Shown in pieces: positions 1-6,785 of a stretch of DNA of 14,087 bases. The notes below the pieces were generated by a model. It ran no database searches, was not told the DNA's origin, and saw nothing but the letters and a program-made list of their open reading frames with translations. Every line of letters begins with the position of its first letter. Within the stretch, counting starts at the first letter, position 1. Origin of the DNA: Thermoproteota archaeon (lineage in GTDB: Archaea > Asgardarchaeota > Njordarchaeia > Njordarchaeales > Panguiarchaeaceae); NCBI GenBank assembly GCA_024720975.1, contig JANJXX010000014.1, positions 1-14,087 on the forward strand. The letters are read 5' to 3'. A program made the translations under genes and the position numbers.

Positions 1-1031
1 CGAGGAAGGCTAAGATACCGCTAATAGGTCCCAATGTCGTCGGTATACTAAGTAATCCAAGTAGCTTGAATGCCAGCTTCGCCCCAGAGCTTCCCTATCC
101 TGGAGGTATAACACTTATCTCACAAAGTGGTGCATTGATTATAGGCCTAATAGGTTGGAGCTGGTTGCACAGAGTTGGACTTTCGAAAATAGTTAGTTTA
201 GGTAATAAAGCTGACGTGGACTTCTCTGAGTTGATAATATATTTCGGCGAGCGAGACAAAGAGACAAAGTGTATAGCTATATATTTGGAGGGAACAGATG
301 CAGGCAGAGAACTCTTCGAAGCGGCAAAGAGAGTCTCTCCAAAGAAGCCTATAGTAGTCCTCAAGGCCGGCTTCTCACAAAGGGGAGAACTTGCTGTAGC
401 ATCTCACACTGGATCTATGGCTGGTTCTGCAAAACTTTATGAGGCAGCATTTAAACAATCTGGTGTAATAATGGCTGAGGATCTAACTGAACTCTATGAT
501 AAGGCATTAGCACTAAGCCTCCAACCCGTGCCGAAGAACGATACAATAATAGTAATAACGAATGGCGGAGGAGCGGGCGTTTTAGCTACCGATGCTGCAG
601 AGAAATATGGCTTCCCATTAAAAGATCCGCCAAAGGATTTGATGGAGGCATTTAGAAAATACATGCCTGAATTCGGTTCCCCTAAAAATCCAATAGATCT
701 TACTGGAATGGCTAAGGAAGAGGAATACTATGGTGCTATCGTCGAAGCACTTAGACACCCAGAAGTTGGAGGGGTTGTGGTACTATATTGTCACACAGCA
801 ATAACTACACCAATGAAAATGGCAGAAACATTCTACGAGGCAAGTAAGATCGCGAAGGAGGAAAATAAGCCACTAGTAATATGCCTTATAGGAGGGAAAG
901 AAGTAGAGGAAGCGAACAATTGGCTTAAAGAGAGGGGTATACCCACCTACCCAACGCCAGACAGGACAATGAATGCGATGGGAGCGTTAGTTGAGTATTC
1001 AAGATATCTCAGGAAGATAGGAAAGTTGTAA
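1..1031 (+). CDS. acdA: ADP-forming acetate/acyl-CoA ligase alpha subunit, 5'-truncated by the window edge
   Basis: The frame is open from position 3 (RKAKIPLIGPNVVG...), so the TTG at 66 is not the true start. Family motifs: GPN, SQSGA, SLGNKAD, YLEG, phospho-His segment ASHTGSMAG, TNGGGAGVLATD, NPIDLTG. It ends without a fused ATP-grasp beta domain. Confidence 0.92.
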   Translation, partial: RKAKIPLIGPNVVGILSNPSSLNASFAPELPYPGGITLISQSGALIIGLIGWSWLHRVGLSKIVSLGNKADVDFSELIIYFGERDKETKCIAIYLEGTDAGRELFEAAKRVSPKKPIVVLKAGFSQRGELAVASHTGSMAGSAKLYEAAFKQSGVIMAEDLTELYDKALALSLQPVPKNDTIIVITNGGGAGVLATDAAEKYGFPLKDPPKDLMEAFRKYMPEFGSPKNPIDLTGMAKEEEYYGAIVEALRHPEVGGVVVLYCHTAITTPMKMAETFYEASKIAKEENKPLVICLIGGKEVEEANNWLKERGIPTYPTPDRTMNAMGALVEYSRYLRKIGKL

Positions 1032-1228
1032 CTAGTGGGGATTGTGGAATCTTCTAAGGCACCAAACTTTTTGCACTGATAACATTTTACATCAAATGCT
1101 TCATTCTTCTTTAAGTTTTTTGGCGTTATGAAGTGCTGATAAGTGCAAGCTGAGATTGCATTCTGTTAAAAAATCTAATATTGTATCTCTTGTTAGATAA
1201 ATCACAATGCTTGTTCTGGTATTATCAA

Positions 1229-3295
1229 ATGCCAACAAGATGTCCCATTTGTGGTATTAGTATTGAAAACGCCAAAAGACACCTAAGAAGGTATCATAGA
1301 ATATCAGTACCCAGCGAGGATTTTGCTAGGTCAATTCTCGCTCTCTATAGAATTTCTAGGAAATCAGGCGAAATTATCCCGCTAGTTCCTCTTGAGGAAT
1401 GGAGATATGAGGACTTTCTCAAAGCGATGAATATCCTTGGAAAAGCCTCTTTGCCGCTTCGAAGGAAGATAGTAATATTTGAACCACTCTCAAAGTTTTT
1501 TGCAGAACGTTTTCCGGCAAAGATAATTGAGGACTTTCCAAGACTTGTTAAGGAGAAAGAGAGGGCTATTAGAGCGCTTGCATTTATAACTCTAACGTTC
1601 GTGCCGTCAGAAGATGCAGTTCGATCCATCATCGAGTTGTGTGATAGGAGAAAATCAGCCTTTCTAGAATACATTGTAGACTTGTTCCAGAGATTTAAGG
1701 ATTCACTTAAGGCACACATTAAAGAAGCTATAGATAGCGACAAAATACCCTCTCCATCCTGTGTGTTTAAGGGTGTATTCATAGCTTATCCCAACATACT
1801 GGTCGAGCTTATTGAGTATCTCAATCAAAAGGCACCACCCGAGAGAATAGAATTTATAATCGAAGAATTATCAGAGTTATTCGACTACATGGCTGCCTTC
1901 CCAAAGCGATATTTTGCACTCAGACCGGCCAAGAATGCACTATTAATTTCAGCAAAAGCCAAATTCTTTGGAAATTTAGAAGTTCAAATTCCAGAGGAAC
2001 GTCTTGATAGAATGGTAAGACAATACATACTCCTTACGAAGATTGACGATTTGTGGTCAAGACTTTATTATCATTGCCAGAGACTACGGAGATCAAACAT
2101 ATACGAGCAGATAAAAGGAATAGCAACAACTGAAACTCCCTTCGAATCCTTACTGCTAAAAATAGGTGAGATTTTAAGCAACTATCCAGAGACCCATCTA
2201 GCCATCGGAGATGTGTCGACCAATGAGTATCTAGAGGCATTAAATGACCTGGAGGGCGATTACCTGCGAGGATTTTTCTTATACATAATGGCAGATATAA
2301 ATCTAAAGACCGGCCATCTTGAAAGAGCTCTATCGCTTATGGAAAAATTCGAGGAAATTGTCAAGAGAAGCTATGACTACGTCCCCCAGGCGCTGTTAGT
2401 GAAAGCCATAGTGCAGGAGTTCTTGGGATTGCACGAAGATGCGCTAAAAACATATAGGAGATTAGATGAAATGAAAGCATCCTGGGAGACTTTGTTGCTG
2501 AATAAGGCACGCCTGTATATAATTCTTGGAAAATATAACGAAGTTAAAAGTATTCTTTCTGAGATTCCCACAAACACCACTTATAAGCTAATATTAGAGG
2601 CTCTAGTTGCTGAAAAGACGGGAGATCTAAGTTCTCTTGCATCTCAAAAAGAGAAGCTATCAAAGTATGTGTTTACATCAGATTTACAAAGGGCCTTCAA
2701 ACTCCTGGTAGCTACAGAGTTTATGTGCTACTGCTTATATCAAAAAGCGCTAGGGGTTATATGGGCGGATAAAGAGCTGCGGAGAATTTTCCTAGACATA
2801 GCAATACTAGCCTGTCCCAGGCATATGAAGATGATATTACAGGAAGCTAGTAAGAAGTTTCCAGACGATAAGTTGCTGAATTACTACCTAGGCGTAATAG
2901 CGATAGAAGAGGAGCGATACGAGGACGCACTAAAGCTCTTTGAAAATGCAGAAGGCGCGGACAAAAAACCTCTACTTGTCAACAAGCTATTGGCAGCAAT
3001 CATGATAGGCGCAGATGACATTGCTGAACGGATCTATCTAGATCTTAAGAATATAACTGATGCTGACGAAGTCATAAAACTTGCAATAATCCATTATTTA
3101 ATGTATAAAAAGAACTTCTCAGACGCATACAATGAACTAAGCAAAATAAGGGATTTGCTAGATTACGAGTATTACCTAGCGCTCAAGCGAGATATTATGC
3201 GAAAAAGATTCACTATAGATAAATACATATACTACATAGCATCCAGAGACATAGAAGAAACAGTATGCCCACTGCTATCAGTACCTGTTGATTAA
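1229..3295 (+). CDS. Large alpha-helical TPR-repeat protein with an N-terminal C2H2-type zinc finger
   Basis: ORF 1181-3295; ATG 1229 is preferred because it opens directly on MPTRCPICGISIENAKRHLRRYH (C-x2-C-x9-H-x4-H). TPR-like units include YIMADINLKTGHLERALSLMEK, KAIVQEFLGLHEDALKTYRR, NKARLYIILGKYNEV and YYLGVIAIEEERYEDALKLFENA. Confidence 0.75.
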   Translation: MPTRCPICGISIENAKRHLRRYHRISVPSEDFARSILALYRISRKSGEIIPLVPLEEWRYEDFLKAMNILGKASLPLRRKIVIFEPLSKFFAERFPAKIIEDFPRLVKEKERAIRALAFITLTFVPSEDAVRSIIELCDRRKSAFLEYIVDLFQRFKDSLKAHIKEAIDSDKIPSPSCVFKGVFIAYPNILVELIEYLNQKAPPERIEFIIEELSELFDYMAAFPKRYFALRPAKNALLISAKAKFFGNLEVQIPEERLDRMVRQYILLTKIDDLWSRLYYHCQRLRRSNIYEQIKGIATTETPFESLLLKIGEILSNYPETHLAIGDVSTNEYLEALNDLEGDYLRGFFLYIMADINLKTGHLERALSLMEKFEEIVKRSYDYVPQALLVKAIVQEFLGLHEDALKTYRRLDEMKASWETLLLNKARLYIILGKYNEVKSILSEIPTNTTYKLILEALVAEKTGDLSSLASQKEKLSKYVFTSDLQRAFKLLVATEFMCYCLYQKALGVIWADKELRRIFLDIAILACPRHMKMILQEASKKFPDDKLLNYYLGVIAIEEERYEDALKLFENAEGADKKPLLVNKLLAAIMIGADDIAERIYLDLKNITDADEVIKLAIIHYLMYKKNFSDAYNELSKIRDLLDYEYYLALKRDIMRKRFTIDKYIYYIASRDIEETVCPLLSVPVD

Positions 3296-3375
3296 CTAAT
3301 TCATTATCTCAATGTCAAGGGATTCATAACCTGGCATAGAGGACTCTTGATCGGAAGAATCAGGTGTATTGAATA

Positions 3376-3430
3376 TCAGATACCGGGTTGTCGTCATTGA
3401 TTCGTCCTCTGTTCATGACTCCCTCATCAC
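3376..3430 (-). ncRNA. Box C/D 2'-O-methylation guide sRNA (candidate)
   Basis: The minus strand reads GUGAUGA (box C, 3430-3424), a 12-nt guide GGGAGUCAUGAA, CAGA (D'), a 10-nt spacer, AUGACGA (C', 3397-3391), an 11-nt guide CAACCCGGUAU, and CUGA (box D, 3379-3376). Total 55 nt with canonical archaeal box order and spacing, in an intergenic position. Confidence 0.65.
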
Positions 3431-3459
3431 GCTCTATTTAACATTAAAGACAAATTGTA

Positions 3460-3467
3460 GATAAAAA
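3460..3467 (-). promoter_or_regulatory. Putative TATA box for the minus-strand sRNA
   Basis: TTTTTATC on the minus strand ~30 nt upstream of box C, which would place the start a few nt before box C. Confidence 0.35.
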
Positions 3468-3649
3468 CCAAAACCTTTTTCTTGAAGGAGTAGCACTGTT
3501 CCCGCACATCATTAAAGCAAGTGAGTAAACTAAATGCTTTGAGGAAAAAACGCCAAGCCTTCTTCAATTCTTCGAGTCTTAGTTTTTTCGATCTTATATT
3601 TATGAATTTTTATGTCAATACTAGCATTTATTGCATTGGGTGGTATTGG

Positions 3650-3997
3650 ATGCATATTCCAATTGAAGTTGTTGAAGCAATACTCCTATGGATTTTTCTA
3701 TCAATCCTAACTGCGGTATACCTAGTGAAAGAATTTGGTATTTCAAATCTCCTAGCTTGTTTACTACTCTCAATAATCTTCATAGGTGCTCGTATGCTGA
3801 TTGCTATGATACTTGCAGTATTCAACATTAATATACCAATGCTAGTCTTCATACTAGCAACTTGGATTATGTTCATCGCATCGCATGGGATTTTGGGGAC
3901 GGAAAAATTACGTACAAAAGAGCATGTCCTATTTGGATCTTTAGCTCTAACATATCTCGCACTGTACATTATACAAATTATAGCAGCATCCCTTTAA
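3650..3997 (+). CDS. Small integral membrane protein (~4 TM helices), unknown function
   Basis: ORF 3521-3997; ATG 3650 (MHIPIEVVE) is preceded by an SD-like GGGTGGT. Four hydrophobic segments. Confidence 0.7.
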   Translation: MHIPIEVVEAILLWIFLSILTAVYLVKEFGISNLLACLLLSIIFIGARMLIAMILAVFNINIPMLVFILATWIMFIASHGILGTEKLRTKEHVLFGSLALTYLALYIIQIIAASL

Positions 3998-4130
3998 CAA
4001 GATCGCCTCATCATTGCATCTTAACAATTTTTTTAACTTGTCCACAGTTGAAATCGCCCAATCCTGTAAAGATTATGAGAGTAGGAGAGTTGCAACTTCG
4101 TCGGTTTTTCCCAGTAGCCAGGTTGAAGTT

Positions 4131-4718
4131 ATGCTACACGCCCATTTGATAAGATTAAATGAAATTTCGGAAAAATTCTTTAGAACTTTTAGACCTCTTC
4201 ACGAAAATTATTGGTTCGCTTTAAGAGCCTCTGTCCTTGTAGTCATACATTTCTTTAAGTGCGAGAAATGCGGCAACTGCTGCAGATATAGTCCACCAGT
4301 CTTTTGTGAGGATGAGGTAATCAAAATTTCTGAGTATCTTGGACTGGCTATAGAGAATCTGCCCCTAGAGAGGTATGAGTTCCTCTCAAAAACCTACTAC
4401 AAGGCAAATAGTCCGTGTCCATTCCTCACAGATGATAATAAGTGCTCTATTTATGAGATCAGAGGTCGTGCCTGTAGGGCTTTTCCACATGAATGGCTAA
4501 TGTATAGCCTCGTTCCATGCTATTGTCCTGCCATACCCAAGGCATTAGAAAGAGCAGCAGACTTTATAGCTAATCATACTGAGGACTTAAAGAGAGCTAT
4601 TGCCATGATGGAGAACGAACTGAGATTGTTAGCTAGCGATTCTAAATTTAAAGAGCAAATGAGATCATTAGAGTATAGCCCGCTGGTCAAGAAGCTGTTT
4701 GAGATTCTGAACGACTAA
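4131..4718 (+). CDS. YkgJ-family (CxxCxxCC) putative Fe-S/zinc-chelating protein
   Basis: CEKCGNCC, CPFL and CSIYEIRGRACRAFP match the PF03692 pattern, with extra CYC cysteines. ATG 4131 follows GGTTGA; the ORF-track start at 4014 is less likely. Confidence 0.82.
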   Translation: MLHAHLIRLNEISEKFFRTFRPLHENYWFALRASVLVVIHFFKCEKCGNCCRYSPPVFCEDEVIKISEYLGLAIENLPLERYEFLSKTYYKANSPCPFLTDDNKCSIYEIRGRACRAFPHEWLMYSLVPCYCPAIPKALERAADFIANHTEDLKRAIAMMENELRLLASDSKFKEQMRSLEYSPLVKKLFEILND

Positions 4719-4744
4719 TTCTTTAACCATAAGGAGAAAGGAAC

Positions 4745-4960
4745 AAATAGCGGCGCAGTCTAGTCTATGTCAGTACGTCGTTACACTTTTGTGCTGGACT
4801 CTAGCAAGCGGAGTTTCTGCATGACTTGCAAGCAAGACCGTTCGCACAACGATGATAGCGGTGTGTCGCATCGGGCTTTGGATCATGTTCTGTTACATAG
4901 GTTTCTCTCTACGGGTATGTGGAATTTGCCTGAGGCTAAGTAGCTGCCTACTATTTTCTT
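4745..4960 (+). ncRNA. Unassigned structured RNA candidate (multi-branched)
   Basis: About 49% GC over 4741-4950 (102/210 counted by hand), higher than the AT-rich spacers. The ends are complementary, there are four internal hairpins with G-U pairs favouring the + strand, and the 3' tail is U-rich. Confidence 0.4.
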
Positions 4961-5067
4961 CGTTGTATATCCGCTCTGATTGTTAGTTGGAAAATCTATA
5001 AAGTATTACAGCAGCTTTAGAATTATTATCGAAAGCTCATGTATTCTGGCTTGTAATTAAGCCCGTA

Positions 5068-6618
5068 CTACTCGAATTCTATTGTCGCTGGTGGCTTACT
5101 AGTTATATCATAAAGTACTCTACACACCCCAGGAATCTCTCCTGTTATTCTTCTAGCTATTGTCTCTAGGAACTCCCAAGGCAATCTTGCGGCGTCTGCT
5201 GTCATCCCATCGGAGCTTATTACTGCCCTAATTGCTACGATGTACTCATATGCCCTTGCGTCGCCCTTTATTCCGGTTGATTTTGAGTTCAAAACGACTG
5301 GAAATATTTGCCAAAGAGTGCTGGCGAGGCCCCATTTATTGGCTTCTTCTTCAACAATTCTATGAGCTTTCCTGCAAATCTCAAGTTTCTCTGGTGTGAC
5401 TTTACCAAGGATCCTAACCAATAATCCGGGTCCAGGGAAGGGCTGTTTCTTGTAGACACATTCGGGCAAACCCAATTCCTTAGCAAGTTTTCTTACTTCA
5501 TCCTTATACAAATCGGCTAAGGGCTCAAGTTTCTCAAGCATTTCTATAGTTGGCATAACAACATTGTGGTGGCTCTTTATTTTGCTCGGTCTTGCTCCGG
5601 TTGCTGCGCTCTCTATGCGATCTGGATATATTGTTCCTTGTGCGAAATATCTAAGGTTTTGGTATCTACTAACAAGATTCTTAGCCACTTCCTCAAGAAC
5701 TCCAGCATAAACCCTAGCGAAGATCTGCCGCTTCTCTTCGGGATCAGATATGTTAGCAATCTCCTTGATAAATCTCTCTGACGCATCTACGTATTCAATA
5801 TTTTCAAAACCCAAGTCTCTGAGGAGTTTAAGTGTCTCTTCTGGCTCGTGCTCTCTTAGAAAGCCCGTATTTATGAAAACGACATGTAAGTTATTTCCTA
5901 TAGCCTTTTTCAATAGATAGGCTAGAGTTGTAGAATCAACACCGCCACTGACAGCTACGATAACTCTAGCGTCTCCTATGCGCCGGCGAAGCTCTTTGAT
6001 TTTCTTCTCAGCAAGATTCTCTATTTTCCAGTCTCTCTTACATCCGCAGAAGCTGAGGAAATTATCAAGAATCTTGATACCATTCTCAGTATGTTCTACC
6101 TCTGGATGAAATTGAACACCAAAGATCTTTAAATCCAAATTCTCGAAGGCGGCTATTGGAGTATCCTTGGTTCTAGCAACGACATGAAATCCCCTAGGAA
6201 GGGAGTAGACGCTATCTCTATGATTCATCCAAACCTTAAACTGCCTCGGTAAGCCGTTAAATAGCGGACTATCCTTCACAATTTCTAGGTAGGTCGGACC
6301 ATACTCTCCTTGAGCACCTTTCTCGACTTTGCCTCCTAGAATGTGCGCCAGTAGTTGGTGACCATAACATATTCCCAAAATTGGAATTCCCCTCTTAATC
6401 CACGACTCTAACAAATCGCGAGAAATTTTTGGAGAATCCTCATCATAGACACTCATAGGTCCGCCTGATAGTATTATCGCTTCGGCTTCTGAAATCTTAT
6501 CCGCGTCCCAAAAAGGTACTATTTCCGAATACACCATAAGCTCTCGAATTCTCCTTGCTATAAGGTGAGTGTATTGTGAGCCAAAATCAACAATTACTGC
6601 TCGATTTATCATAGGCAT
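5068..6618 (-). CDS. guaA: GMP synthase (glutamine-hydrolysing), fused GATase + ATPPase
   Basis: DFGSQYTHLIARR, ILSGGP, LGICYGHQ (catalytic Cys), QFHPE, PP-loop SGGVDS, QGTIYPDRIES, IKSHHNV, PFPGPGL, DITSKPPATIEFE. The start is probably ATG 6618 or 6612 rather than 6681. Confidence 0.97.
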   Translation of the reverse strand: MPMINRAVIVDFGSQYTHLIARRIRELMVYSEIVPFWDADKISEAEAIILSGGPMSVYDEDSPKISRDLLESWIKRGIPILGICYGHQLLAHILGGKVEKGAQGEYGPTYLEIVKDSPLFNGLPRQFKVWMNHRDSVYSLPRGFHVVARTKDTPIAAFENLDLKIFGVQFHPEVEHTENGIKILDNFLSFCGCKRDWKIENLAEKKIKELRRRIGDARVIVAVSGGVDSTTLAYLLKKAIGNNLHVVFINTGFLREHEPEETLKLLRDLGFENIEYVDASERFIKEIANISDPEEKRQIFARVYAGVLEEVAKNLVSRYQNLRYFAQGTIYPDRIESAATGARPSKIKSHHNVVMPTIEMLEKLEPLADLYKDEVRKLAKELGLPECVYKKQPFPGPGLLVRILGKVTPEKLEICRKAHRIVEEEANKWGLASTLWQIFPVVLNSKSTGIKGDARAYEYIVAIRAVISSDGMTADAARLPWEFLETIARRITGEIPGVCRVLYDITSKPPATIEFE

Positions 6619-6785
6619 TGACCCTAGAAACACAATGTAACTTTCAATCGTTAAATTATAGCCATAATTGTACTTGGTCATAAAGTCATTTCTATTTCAT
6701 GCTCTACATGAGAGTTCGGTAATCTTAGCACATATAATCCCCAAATATTAACACACTTTATTCTCATTTTCTTTGGGGTAGCTCT

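Noticed and set aside
3296-3430. Minus-strand short ORF with in-frame TGA (MRES*TEDESMTTTRY...) as a selenoprotein, or the hairpin as a SECIS
   Set aside because: No Sec-type redox motif, and the AUGA..GA spacing is too short for a SECIS helix. The C/D interpretation fits better.
3398-3430. Hammerhead core (GUGAUGAG...GGACGAAU)
   Set aside because: C3 and the GAAA are both wrong, and stems I and III are absent.
4772-4887. 38-aa minus-strand ORF MIQSPMRHTAII...
   Set aside because: Short, with no SD and no recognisable features.
4719-5067. SRP RNA or RNase P RNA in the guaA 3' gap
   Set aside because: Only fragmentary resemblances (UGUAAC, CAGAAAC on the minus strand). There is no SRP helix-8 CAGG-GNRA-AGCA and no pairing RNase P CR-I/CR-V.
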